Shown: positions 1 through 12,349 of the stretch, piece after piece | Layout of the letters: each line of letters starts with the position of its first letter | Position numbering within the stretch: the first letter of the stretch is position 1 | NCBI RefSeq assembly: GCF_963921235.1 | Contig: NC_086104.1 | Coordinates: forward strand, 42,408,001 to 42,472,000 | DNA length: 64,000 nt | Source: Mobula hypostoma | Taxonomy: Eukaryota | Direction of reading: 5' to 3' | Notes under the pieces: generated by a model | The model's database searches: none | Told to the model about the DNA's origin: nothing | The model's input: the letters and a program-made list of their open reading frames with translations, nothing else | Program-made: the position numbers and the translations under genes

Positions 1-569
1 AGAGACCTTTGTATCTTCAAAATGTTCAAAGGTTAATTTATTATCAAAGTATGTATGCAATATGCAACTCTGAGATTTGTCTTCTCCAGATAGCCATGAA
101 GCAAAGAAAAAGCATGGAAGTCAGTACAAAGTGAAAACAGCAGACTTCCCCAGCACAAAAAAAGAACATCAACATCATTCTTAACCCCTGAAATTCCCCT
201 GCACAAAAAACTAACAAAATGCAATGTGAAGACCGACCCTAAACCCCCTTCCCCATATAAAACATAACGAGAACATTGACCCTCCCAAACCACCCTGTCC
301 TGCACAAAACACAAGAACATCAACACCCAAACTCCCTCTCTCCGTACAAGACAAAACAAGACTGAATGAGTGAAAACACAGAACATAAAAACTATAAGTC
401 CTAAAAGGTCCATAGATCATAGTCCAAATCCACAAATGAAATTGAATCGAACATCGGCTTACGCCTTGTCTCAAAGTTCCTTCGCCTCGATGCACTGAGG
501 CTTTGAGCTCGAGCTCGCGCCTGCGAATTTAGCCTAGACTGAGGTGCCACAGGGATATTTGAGGACATT

Positions 570-870
570 ATAGACCAATGAGCTTTACATCAGTGGTAGG
601 GAAATTAATGGAGAAGATTCTTAGTGACAAAATTACTTTCATATGGAAAATCATTTACTCACTGGGGATAATCAGCATGGCTTTGTGCAGAAAAGTTCCT
701 GTCTTAGAAATATGATAAAATTGCTTGAGGAAGTGATGAAGCTGAATGAGGAGGGTAGGGCAGTGGATACGGGAATTTAGTAAATCATTTGACAAGGTCC
801 CTCAGCGTAGGTGGGTCCAGAAGATGAAGTCACTTGTGATCCAGGGCTGGTTGTTAAATTACATATAGAT
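570..870 (+). mobile_element. Degenerate CR1 LINE RT fragment
   Basis: Decayed coding for YRP-SLTSVVGKLMEKIL...QHGF...FSKxFDKVP, typical of CR1 RT; boundaries approximate. Confidence 0.7.
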
Positions 871-2159
871 CAGAGAAATGGAAGATGGAGCAGATGGAGT
901 GAAGCCTGACTCAAGAAAGACGTCAACCATTGAGAACATGGTGAGGCCCCAAAACAAAGAGGAGGTGAGACGTTTTCTGGGGATGGTGGCTTATCCCTCG
1001 ACTATCTACTGTGTTGGCCAAATGAGTGGGTTTCCAGAGGTTGAAGAGAGTCCTAACTTGTGAGGAGGCCATGCTGAAGTTTTATGATCTGGAGAGGTTT
1101 GCTAGGCTGATGCATTCTGGTACGGCCCTGGAGCAGTACTACTGCAGACCATGATGACGCATGGCAACTTGTGGCCGATGACTCAGAAGATTTAACAAGT
1201 GCTGAAACCACCTATGCACGGATAGAGAAAGAGCTTTGTGCCAGTATATATGCATGTGAAAGGTTCCATCAGTATATCTATGAACAATACTTTGAAGTGG
1301 AGACAGACCATAAGCCACTGGTCTCAATTATGTCCAAACCACTGACTGTCCCATGAGGATTCAGCACATGTTGATAAGGCTGCAGAAATACGATGTGAAG
1401 ATGATCTACACAACAGGAAAATATACGTTTGCTGCTGATGTGCTGTCTTGAGCAATCAACAAGAAAGAAAAGAGTGACCAAGAGATTCATGTGGATATAC
1501 AGGCCTACGTTGCCATGATTGTCACCTCCATTCCAGTATCTCCCGAAAGAACAGAGAAGATTAGGACAGTAGCAGGGACAGATGAAACAATGAAAGTACT
1601 CAAAGAGACGATACATAAAGCATGGCCAGCAACGAAGAATGACTGTCCAAAGTGTATTCAGGATTATCAGGCATGCAGAACTGAACAGACGGTAGTCTTC
1701 AAAGGGAACAGGTTTATGATTCCAGTGACACTACGCAAGGAAGTGCTTCAGAAGATACTGTATGGTGAGGAAAAATATAAACAAAGTGCTCGTGAAGTAA
1801 TGTACTGAGCAAGGATGAACCAAGGCATCAGCCAGACCATTCTTTCATGTGAGAACTGTCCTACCTACAGACCAAAGCAGCAAGCAGAACTGCTTACACC
1901 ACACCCTGTACCAGACATGGCGTACTTCAAAGTTGGAGAAGATCTGTTTCAATGTAATGGGAAGAGTCGCATTGTTGTATCAAACTACTTTTCCGTTTAC
2001 CCAAAGGTTGCAACACAGCAATCAACATCCAGTGGAGCAGTCAACACCTTCCTGAAAACTGTGTTTGCGAGGCATGGAGTTCCATATGAAGCAGTATTAG
2101 GCAATGGTCCACAATTTTCAAGCAGTGAATTTGAGTCCTTTGCCATTGACTGGGGTTTC

Positions 2160-2674
2160 TAGGCCATGTTTGTCCTGCAGGATTTGGAAACTTTGTAATA
2201 CTCTTTTATCCATAAATGAGAGGTAGGTTGTAAGACCTTTCTTTATCCATAGCTCAAATCTTTTATCTCCTCTGTTGGGAAGGAATTCGGTATCATATGC
2301 ACACCATCTAAAGAGTTTTAACATGTTATTAATTCCACATGAATTAACCACCTTCTGCCATACTTTTAATGTAAGATTTATCCAAACATTATTAAATTTT
2401 TCCAACTGGGCCATCAATCCTTTGTCAGCTATTGAGGCCTGAAGAGGAAAACTGTCAACTAATCCAAATTCTATTTCCTTCCATCTAGCCTTATATTCCC
2501 TATTACACCAATATAACAGAGGGGTTATCTGTGAGGCATAAAAATAATTTCTCAGGCAAGGAAGAACCATACCTCCTCCTTCCTTCCCTAACTGTAAGGT
2601 GTTATATCGAATTCTAGGTTTCCTTCCTTGCCAAATGAAGCAGGAAATCCATTTGTCCCATTCCCTGAATTGAT
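2160..2674 (-). mobile_element. Internal L1/Tx1-clade ORF2 fragment inserted in the Gypsy integrase
   Basis: ORF 2118..2693(-) FIWQGRKPRIRYNTLQLGKEGGGMVLPCLRNYFYASQ matches the L1-type post-RT region; flanked by direct repeat TTGACTGGGGTTTC at 2146-2159 and 2675-2688. Confidence 0.8.
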
Positions 2675-3393
2675 TTGACTGGGGTTTCAACATATAACTT
2701 CAAGCCCACATTACCCAAAACCTAATGGCCTGGCAGAGAGTTCAGTCAACATCTCAAGGGTCTCATGAAGAAAGTGCAAGATGGACGAGAAGATTTCCAC
2801 AAAAGTCTGATGATTTACAGAAGTGTGCCACTGAAGAATGGTGCATGAAAACCTATTGACACCGAAGGTAAAAGGGAAGGAGAAACTAAAACAGTATCAC
2901 GACAAGACTGCAAAATGCCTGCCAGTCCTGAAGCCTGAAGCTCAAGTACGAATCCAAGATTCTGGCACATAGTCCATGCAAGGATATGTACAAGAGGAAA
3001 TTGCACCATATTCCTATGAGACCCAGGTGGAGCAAAGAACTTCTTTGAGAAGGAACTCTATGGATCTACAAACACAAGCTCCAACCCATAGCTGTGAAGT
3101 GTTACCTGTCAGTACACCAAAGGGGCCAGCAGATATAAAGAATAAACTTGTTGACCAGAATTCTCAGAAAGACCCAATTGTTAATGCACCAATTTCAAAC
3201 AATACACATAGCAGACCAAAAAGGATCATTAAACTACCTCCAAGACTGATTGAAAATTTTTGAGTGAATAAGGGACTGTATTTGCTCATTATAACTGAAG
3301 TTAGTGTGAATATCTTTGCTAGAAAGCACTATTGTTTTTTGTAGGTTTATGAGGGTGTAGTATTGTGTTTGTTTGCTTTAAAGGGAGAAGATC

Positions 3394-3596
3394 TGTTATT
3401 TCGTGTGTATATGTAATAAGAACTTCAGTTCCCAGTATGCAATGCAGGCGTTTACCCAGAATCAGAGGTGATGCTGGGGAACGGGGAGCATGTGCTAAAC
3501 TGTGGAACTCAAAGCCCGTAACTATATCCTGTTAATAAAATGTTTTAGCATTTAAACCCATGCAAAGTTTGTCTTTTATCAAGAACATATATAACA
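3394..3596 (+). repeat. 3' LTR of the first Gypsy element
   Basis: Starts TGTTAT just after the PPT, ends ATAACA (terminal inverted repeat), internal AATAAA at ~3534. Confidence 0.7.
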
Positions 3597-5370
3597 TTTG
3601 TCAAATGCCTTGCTAAAGTCCATGTAGTCAACATCTACTGCCTTGCCTTCGTCAACTTTCCTGGTAACTTCTTCAAAAAACTCTGAGATTGGTTTGACAT
3701 GACCTACCACACACAGAACCATGCTGACTACCCCTAATCAGTACCTGTCTATTCAAATACTTTTATATCCAGTCCGTTAGAATACTTTCCAATAACTTTC
3801 TCACTATTGATGTCAGGCTCACCAGCCTATAATTTCCTGGCTTATTCTTAGAGCCTTTCTTAAACGACAGAACAAAATTAGCTGTCCTCCCATCCCCCAG
3901 CATCTTGCCTGTGGCTAAGGATGTTTTAAAAATCTCTGCTAGTGCCCCTGAAATTCCTGCACTTGCCTACATAAGAGTGGAGGGAACACCTTGTCAAGCC
4001 CTGGGGATCTATCCACCCTAATTTGCCTCAAGACTGCAGCCACCTCCACTTTTGTAATCTGAATAGGGCCCATGAACTTGCTGATGCCCTGCCTCACTTC
4101 TAAAGACTATATGTCTATCTCCTGAGTAAATATAGATGCAAAAAATTTATTTAATATCTCCCCCATCTCTTTCGGATCCACACATTGGCTCAGATCTTCC
4201 AGAGGACCAATTTTATCCCTTGTTATCCTTTTGCTATTAATATTTCTGTAGAAGCTCCAAGGATTCTTCTTCACGTTCTCTGCTAGGGCAACCTCATGCC
4301 TTCTTTTAGCCCACCTGGCTTCCTTCTTAAGTGTTCTCTTGCATTTCTTACACTCCTCAAGTACCTCATTTGTTCCTGCCTGCCAGGCACCTCCTTCATT
4401 TTCTTAACCAAGACATCAATATCTTATTTTTATTCTTTCTTCCTTTTCTTCTAATATTTGTACATCTGTGCACTTGTAATGCCACTGTCACACTGTAATT
4501 TCCTTTGGGATTAATGAAGTATTGATGAAAGTATTGAGGGCTGTAGGTATCCCTAGGTAATTTCCAAGGTAAGGACACGTTTGGCACAGCTTTGTGGCCC
4601 AAAGGGCCTGTATTATGCTGTAGGTTTTTCTATGTTTCTATGTTCTATGTATCTATCTACCCATTTAAGATCTCTCAAAAAAAACAAGTTTCCCTCAACC
4701 TAATATCCTTAACTTTTATTCTGACAAGAACATACAGACTCTGTACTCTTAAAATTTCACTTTTGAAGGTCTCTCACTTACCAATTACACCTTTGCCAGC
4801 AAACAACCTGTCCCACTTGCCAGATCCTTTCTGATACCATCAAAATTGGCTTTTCCACAATTTAAAATCTCAAACTGCGGAGCAGACCTATCCTTTTCCT
4901 TAATTACTTTGAAACTAACGGCATTATGATTACTAGTTGCAAAGTGTTCTCCTACACAAACTTCTGTCACCTGCTCTGTCTCATTCTTTAAAGGAGATCT
5001 AGTATTGCACTTTCTCCAGTTGGGACTTCTACAGAATGTACTGATCGAGGAAATTTTCCTGAATACAATTAACAAACTCTTTCCCATTCATCTCTTTTAC
5101 AGTATTGGAGTCCCAGTTAATATGTATAAAGCTAAAATCACCTATTACCACACTCTTATGTTCCTTTCAACAGTCTGCAAGCTCACTAGAAACGTGCTGC
5201 TTTTAATCCCATGGACTGTTGGGTGGTTTATGATATAATCCCATTAACATGGTCATACCTTTCTTATTCCTCAGTTCTATCCATAAAGCCTTGCTAGACA
5301 AGCTCCCCAGTCTGTCCTGACTAAATGCTGCTGTGACATGTTCCCTGACTCCTACTGCCGCCCCATCCCC
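3597..5370 (-). mobile_element. CR1 LINE ORF2 fragment (endonuclease to RT), resumes at ~11263-11325 beyond the second Gypsy
   Basis: Reverse complement encodes YMDFSKAFDK, PQFEILNCGKANFDGIRKDL, VGEHFATSNHNAVSF; small LINE-tail insertions at ~4425-4655. Confidence 0.8.
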
Positions 5371-5768
5371 TGTAGTGTATTTAATATTTCAGTAATAGTT
5401 GAGTAATATTGTCAATATATTGTTTGATTAAGTATTCTTTATTAACACAATTTTTTATGGGTTATATGTAAAAACAAGTGCATAAATGGCATATGTCATT
5501 ACACCACCATGTCATATGTGAATGCCTCACAAAAGACAATCTAAGTAGACAAAACATATCCTGGTTTGTTCAAGGTGTTCGCGCTTAAAAAAACGCATGC
5601 ACATGTTTCCTTGGAAGGGACAGAGATAGCCAAGTTTTAAAAAAAGGCAGAAAACTGATGAAATTATCAAGCAACATGTATAGCTACGGGCTCATAAAGA
5701 GCGAGTACCAAGTAAAGATAATAATAAGAATCATAGTAATAATAAATATAGCAAATTCAATACACACA

Positions 5769-6415
5769 TGTAAAGGGTTTCTTCTTTCATGTTGCTTGCT
5801 AAGGCTAATAAAATGGCTTCTCTGTAGTGTTATAATAAAATGGCTTTTTTGTAATGTTAATTGCTGAGGTAAGGGGTTCTCTGTAGCAGCATGTTTGGGT
5901 TATAATTACTGATAACAGGACTTGTATTCATTTGCTAACCAATTGGGATAGATGTTATTCTTTCTTGTGTGTCTGTAAGCTGTTGTTTGTACGGGATTTG
6001 GGTGAGAATGCACCATGGGGAAGAAGAGAGAAGACGCATCCGAAGAGATGCTGTGACCCGGTGAGTGGAGCGAACCCTGAGCAGGGGCTCGGGACCCAGC
6101 AGAGTTTGAAGGAAATTGACTGGTGGAAAAAGAATACCAGATTTTGTGAGCTCCAACGAATTATTTGCGCACAGAACTTATAAATATACTGATTTGGCGC
6201 CTTTATTTTATTTGTTTCTGCTAACCCATCACCAAGAAATAATTATGAAGTGTAATCATTGACTTTCCTATTGTGTACTGTCTGATATTTTATGTCGTGG
6301 GCTTGTACCTGGGTGCAATCATACAGTGTCCACACCAACACAATTACAGAGTTGGCGGGGTCAACGCCAGTTTACCCTTTGCTGAACGGCAGTCAAGTGG
6401 GGCATAGTCGCTACA
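5769..6415. repeat. Probable solo LTR of an unrelated family
   Basis: TGTA...TACA termini, non-coding, abuts the R4-like coding sequence; TSD unclear. Confidence 0.45.
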
Positions 6416-7582
6416 TACACTATACCTATATAAATGTACACTTTTGGCATAATATCTTGGTCCAAAACCGATCTGGAAAATTTACAAAGAAAATTAAGAA
6501 CTAAAATGACAAATTTTAGAAAACATTATGTACACTTCAATGCACTTGGATTATTACTACCTAGGATAGAAGGGGGAAGAGGAATAACAGACACTAAAAA
6601 TCTACACAACAGTCAGATAAATGTCTGAGTATATACTTGCGTCAACAAAAACAGGTTTCAGCACTCCACGCAAGCATATGCCATTCTGATAAAAAGTACA
6701 CACCAAAGTTCAAAGTAAATTTCATTATCAAAGTACATACACGTCACCGTATACAACCCTGAGATTCTTTTTCTATGGGCATACTTAGCAAATCTATAGA
6801 ACAGTAGCTGTAAACTGTAAACATCAGATACAATAAACTGTAAACAAACTGCAAATGCAGATGTAAATACTGTAAAAGGCAATAAACTTAAATGAGTGCA
6901 CAGCCCAGAAAAATGAAGAAATTATCATTATTGAAGAAAAGGTTAACCAATGGTTGAGCATGACCCTCCGTGAAGACATCCACACAATCTGAACAGACAA
7001 AATGTTGACAAGGAAGCGATGAATGCCTCGCTCAGAGTTGGAGACATCACCCCAGAAACAGAAGGGTTCCCTGTGGCAGTACAGGGCCAGATGGCTGACA
7101 CAAAAAAAATCAAAAATACTTAATAAAAGACCAACAAATTCAAGATGATAAATGTAGAAAATGCCAAAGAAAACCAGAAACAATCAAAGATATTACAGGA
7201 TCCTGTAGCAGTTTAACACAATCTAATTATTTACACAGGCAAAATCAAGTGGCAAACATCATTCATCAAAATCTTGCTTTAATATAGAAACAGAGAAAAG
7301 AAACCATTCCTTATTATAAATACAAGCCTGATCCAGTTTTAGAGTCAGAATACCACAAATTACATTATGACCGATCTGTTATTATGGACAGGACAATCCA
7401 TACTATCCGTCTGGACATAATAATACAGGACAAACAAGCAAGAAAAACTTACTTAATAGATATAGCCATTCCAAACACACAAAACTTGCAGAAATCAATA
7501 AGTGAAAGACACCAGAAACATGCTGAATTAAAAGAGGACTTTAGAACATGAACAGGTTGTACATTGACCCAATAGTAATATC
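6416..7582 (+). mobile_element. R4/Dong-clade non-LTR retrotransposon C-terminal fragment (restriction-like endonuclease)
   Basis: MYTFGIISWSKTDLENLQRKLR...LLLPRIEGGRG, then ETEGF, CRKC..PETI..I.GSC zinc knuckle, YLHR(Q)NQVA and DIIIQDK...LIDIAIP REL motifs; interrupted by a repeat tail at ~6705-6870. Confidence 0.75.
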
Positions 7583-7789
7583 AAAGCCTGTCCAGTTCCT
7601 TATACCATCCGTGATAAAGTAGCCAGTGAGCGAGATCATATGGAGGCTGAACGAATTTTTTTCCAGCTTGAACGGACAATGCCAGTGGTTCCAGTAGCCA
7701 AGAAGAATGGGTCTATCATGATCTGTGGTGATTTTAAGGTCACCGTCAACCCAGGACTAAAAGTAGATCAATACTCGATGTCCAGAATA

Positions 7790-8124
7790 CACGCCCGATG
7801 TCAGCGTATAACATCATTTACACCATTGGGCACAGGAGTACATTCAGCCAGAGACTCATCCCACCGGGATGCAGCACTGAGCATCATGGGAAGTCATTCC
7901 TGCCTGTGGCCATCAAACTTTGCAGCTCCTCCCTTGGAGGGTCGGACACCCTGGGCCAATGGGCTGATCCTGGACTTATTTCCATCTGGCATGGTTTACA
8001 TATTATTATTTGATTGTTTGTGGTTTTGTATTACTCTGGTTTGTACTCTGTTCTTGGTTGGGGCAACCGTAATGAAACCCATTTTCCCTCGGGATCAATA
8101 AAGTATGTCTATCTATCTATCTAT
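7790..8124 (+). mobile_element. 3' end of a Rex1/Babar-type LINE with (TATC)n tail inside the Gypsy RT
   Basis: AATAAA plus (CTAT)n tail; TSD AGAATA at 7784-7789 and 8125-8130; removing it restores Gypsy ...SRIED. Confidence 0.7.
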
Positions 8125-8703
8125 AGAATAGAAGATACCTTTACAAAAGTTTCTGGAAGGAGGTGAACTTAGCTGAGGCCAACCTGGAGATGGGGATGGA
8201 AGAAAATTCCAAAGCATTTCTCACAATAGACACTCACAGTGGACTTTTGGAGCGACATCTACACCTGTACTCTGGCAGAAAGTGATGGACCAGGAGCTGC
8301 AAGACTGCTCAGGCACTCAGTGTTACCTGGATGACATCATTGTTTCTAGTGAGGATCACAAGGAACATCTCCAAAATCTGAAGACAATGATAACAAATTG
8401 GAAAATTATGGTCTTGGAGCACAATGTATCATCTGCAAATTCTTTAAACCAAACATCACATGCAGTGTTCACACCATTGATGCACAAAGGTTACACAAAT
8501 GTGCTAAGCAAATTCAAACTGTGGTGGATGTCCCAAAGCCAAAGAATGTGTCACAGTTGCAGTCCCTTTTGAGGATTTGTCTATTACTACAACAGGTCTC
8601 TTCCAATCCTGGCTACTGTGCTCTATCCTTAAACTCACTACAGATTGAGAAGAAATGGCAATGGACAAAGCAGAGTGAGCTGGCTTTCCAAAAGGCAAAG
8701 GAA

Positions 8704-9955
8704 ATCAGAATCAGCATCCGAATCAGAATCAGGTGTCATGAAAATTTGTTAACTTAGCAGCAGCAGTTCAATACAATACATAATATAGAAGAAAAAAATA
8801 ATAATATATAAATAAGTAAATCTTATTCGGTATACTTTATATGGTATACATATATTGAATAGGTTAAAAATCGTGCAAAAAACAAAAATGAATATATTAA
8901 AAAGAAATGAGGTAGTGTCGAAGGGTTCAATGTGCATTTAGGAATCGGATGGCAGAGGGCAAGAAGCTGTTTCTGAATTGCTGAGTGTGTGCCATCAGGC
9001 TTCTGTACCTCCTACCAAATGATAACAGTGAGAAAAGGGCACGCCCTTGGTGCTAGGTCCTTAATAATTGGCGCTGACCTTCTGAGACACAGCTCTTTGA
9101 AGATGTCCCGGGTAATTTGTAGGCTAGTGCCCAAGATGGAGCTGAATAAATTTACAACTCTCTGCAGCTTTGTTCGGTCCTGTGCAGTAGCCCCTCCATA
9201 CCAGACAGTGATGCAGTCTGTCAGAATGCTCTCCACGGTACAACTATAAAAGTTTTTGAGTGTATTTGTTGACATACGAAATCTCTTCAAACTCCTAATA
9301 AAGTATGGCCCCTGTCTTGCCTTCCTTATAGCTGCATCAATATGTTGGGACCAGGTTAGATCCTCAGAGATCTTGACACCCAGGAACTTGAAAATGCTCA
9401 CTCTCACCACTTCTGATCCCTCTGTGAGGATTGGTATGTGTTCCTTCGTCTTACTGTTCTGGAAGTCCACAATCAGCTCTTTCACCCTACTGACGTTGAG
9501 TGCCAGGGTGTTACTGTGGCACCACTCCACTAGTTGGCATATCTCACTCCAGTACACCCTCTCGACACCACCTGATATTCTACCAACAATGGTTGTATCA
9601 TCAGAAAACTTATAGATGGTACTGTATTTAAGCTATGCCTATCCACACAGTCATGGGTATATAGAGAGTAGAGCAGTGGGCTAAGCACACACCCCACCAG
9701 TGTTGATCGTCAGTGAGAAGGAGATGTTATCACCGATCCACACAGATTGTGGCCTTCCGGTTAGGAAGTTGAGGATCCAATTGCAGAGGGAGGTACAGAG
9801 ACCCAGGTTCTGTAACTGCTCAATCGGGATTATAGGAATGATGGTATTAAATGCTGAGCTTTAGTCCATGGACAGCATCCTGATGTGGGTGTTTGTGTTG
9901 TCCAGGTGGTCTAAAGCCGCATGGAGATCCATTAAGTTTGCATCGGCCATCTGTC
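8704..9955 (-). mobile_element. Rex1/Babar LINE 3' portion
   Basis: ORF 9012..9557(-) LVEWCHSNTLALNVSRVKELIVDF...FKFLGVKISEDLTW; (GATTCT)n tail; splits Gypsy QKAKE|MVTSD. Confidence 0.85.
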
Positions 9956-11544
9956 AATGGTGACATCAGATGCTGTGCTCACACATTCTGATCCATTTTG
10001 TCCAGTGAAGCATGCCTTATGGTAAATGTAGATGCAGTCATGTCACATGAGTGTTGAAAATGAAACTCCCTCCCCCCCCCCCCCCCCACAGCCTTTGCAG
10101 CACATTCCCTTGCTAAAATTCACCCAGGTTGACAGAGAGGCCTTAAGTCTGGTTTGGGGTGTAAAGTGTTTCAAGCAGTATTTGTATGGGAAAGAGTTTA
10201 CTGATCATCAACCTCTGGTGTCCCTTTTCAGTCCCAGAAGGGTGTTCCACTAACATCAGCAGTTTGAATGCAGAGATGGGCTCTGTTTCTTGGAGGGCAC
10301 AATTATAAGATTAAATTCAAGAGGACAACTCATCATGGAAATGCTGATGGATTGTCCTGTTTACCCTTGGAAAAGGAAATATAAGAAAAATTTACAAAAG
10401 AGGTTACTTCTCTTGATGTATTTTCTCTAATGCAAATTGAAATTCACTATTCTGGGCGAAGTGATCCAAAGACAAACCAGAAAAGGCTCCATACTCTCTC
10501 AGGGCTACATGGCCACTCAGAATGGCCGGTATGTGTCGCAGAAATACTAGTTCCCTCATTTTTACCAGCGCCGGGATGAACTTGGTTTTGATGGGGTTGC
10601 CTTACATGGGGATTGCCTTAAAGTTGTTGTACGTCAAGCTGAGAGCTAAAGTGTTGGAGGAGCTATGTCAACAAGGCATGGTCAAAATGAAAGCATTGGT
10701 TTGAAGCTATTTCTGGTGCCCTGGGATAGATCAGCAGACCGAGCATTTTGCCACGTATTGTTCAGAATGGCAACGTCCATAAGATGCCAAAAGCAGTGCC
10801 TCTCCAACCCTGGGAATGGCCTGCATTGCCCTGGCAGAGTAACCCCCTTGTCAGGAGAGACATTATTCCACCAGATTAAGAAATCCTCCACGGCAATTAA
10901 ATCCTTTGGCCTTAATGGGACAACTTAAAATTTACCATGTTGTGGATATATATATATGGAGCAATATGTTAGATATTTGAGATACATTCTATATTGAGCT
11001 GGAATTTATAGCTAAGCAGGGAGGAGTTTAGTGTATTTAATATTTCAGTAGTATTTGAGCAAAATTGTAAATACATTGATTAAGCATTTTGATTGTTTAC
11101 ATAATTCATTACAGGTTTCATGTATGATGTACATGTAGCATACGTCATTACACCATTACGTCATAAGTGAGCGCCTCACTAAAGAAAATCTACACAGAAA
11201 AAACATATCCTGGCTGCTGTGTTTTTTCTTTTGGTTAGGTTCTGGAGTTACAAAACATAACACCCTCCTTTAATTACCCCCTCCCCGCTCTATCACATCT
11301 AAAATAACGGAACCCCAGACACATTTAGATAGACACCGTACATACAGGAATGGAGTGATGTGAACCATATGTATAGGCAGGAGAGTTTAGTTTAGGTTGA
11401 CATCAGGGTCGATGCAGACATGATGAACTATAATGACTGTACCTGAGCTGCACTGATTTGTGTACGGAGGTCCATTTTAAATCAAATGGTGCATTCTACT
11501 TCTAAAATTAACACACAACAAAAATTTGAAAGTTCTAAAACTTC

Positions 11545-11850
11545 ATAACATGGAGCTTAGAAAAATAGAGGGCTATAGGTGAGCCTAGTAATTTCTAAGG
11601 TAGGGACATGTTCGGCACAACTTTGTGGGCCGAAGGGCCTGTATTGTGCTGTAGGTTTTCTATGTTTCTATGTAAAAGCATTAAGACCATAAGTCCATAA
11701 GACAAAGGAGCAGAAGACGGCCATTCGGCCCATCGAATCTGCTCCGCCATTTTATCATGAGCTGATCCATTCTCCCATTTAGTCCCACTCCCCTGCCTTC
11801 TCACCATAACCTTTGGTGCCCTGGCTACTCAGATACCTATCAGTCTCTGA
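11545..11850. repeat. Two CR1 3'-tail fragments, tail to tail
   Basis: GGCCGAAGGGCCTG...TTCTATG tail on +, then a reverse-complement tail beginning AAGACCATAAG. Confidence 0.6.
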
Positions 11851-12098
11851 ATAGTGTTGATTCGAAGGTGTTTAATTTTAAAATGTAGACTCTGTTAATC
11901 TTCTGTTAATGGTTGTTCAGTTTTGCTAAACTAGAATACGCAGCATGTTCTCACGCTTTCACTCATTTACAGGATATCTGAAAATGACATACATTCAATT
12001 ATCTAAAACGTCGTGCATTTGAAGAGTCCCGCATCTGGTTTAACCTTCAGTCCAAATGTGGTCTGGGGACCAGATGCTGGGCAATCAGGATTTTTTAG

Positions 12099-12262
12099 GA
12101 ACACAAGAGATTCTGCAGATGCTGTAAATCCAGAGCAACAAACACAAAATGCTGGAGGAACGCAGTAGGTGAGGCAGAGTCTATGGAAATTTATAAACAT
12201 TTGACATTTCGGGCCGAGACTCTTCATGGAGGGTCTCGGTCCGAAAGGCCGACAAGTACTTT
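12099..12262. mobile_element. Penelope-derived mini-element with fold-back hammerhead remnant
   Basis: ACACAAAATGCTGGAGGAAC arm; inverted repeat TTTCGGGCCGAGACTCTTC/GAGGGTCTCGGTCCGAAA at 12207-12246. Confidence 0.7.
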
Positions 12263-12349
12263 CAAGGTAAATGAATCATAAGGATCTACAAACAACTGGA
12301 TGTCGGATTGTGGAAAATTAGAAGCAGTTTGGAGACAATGAGAGAATTC

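Larger units (their letters stand above)
878..3596 (+). mobile_element. Decayed Ty3/Gypsy LTR retrotransposon (RT end, RNase H, integrase, PPT, 3' LTR)
   Basis: Peptides VRRFLGMV, YARIEKE...ETDHKPL (RNase H), FARHGVP..GNGPQF...SSPHYPKPNGLAE (integrase); many stops; polypurine tract AAAGGGAGAAGA at ~3380. Confidence 0.85.
5371..11262 (+). mobile_element. Second decayed Gypsy LTR element with paired LTRs, heavily nested
   Basis: 5' LTR from 5371 (TGTAGTGTATTTAATATTTCAGTA..., truncated ~5565) is homologous to 3' LTR 11027-11262 (ends ATAACA, preceded by PPT AGCAGGGAGGAG); pol motifs PVVPVAKKNGSI..CGDFKVTVNP, CYLDDII, QVDREAL..WGVK..TDHQPL; flanks rejoin into one CR1 sequence. Confidence 0.85.

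Noticed and set aside
33-495. Hydrophobic minus-strand ORFs at the window start
   Set aside because: Low-complexity A/C-rich repeat tail; no protein motif
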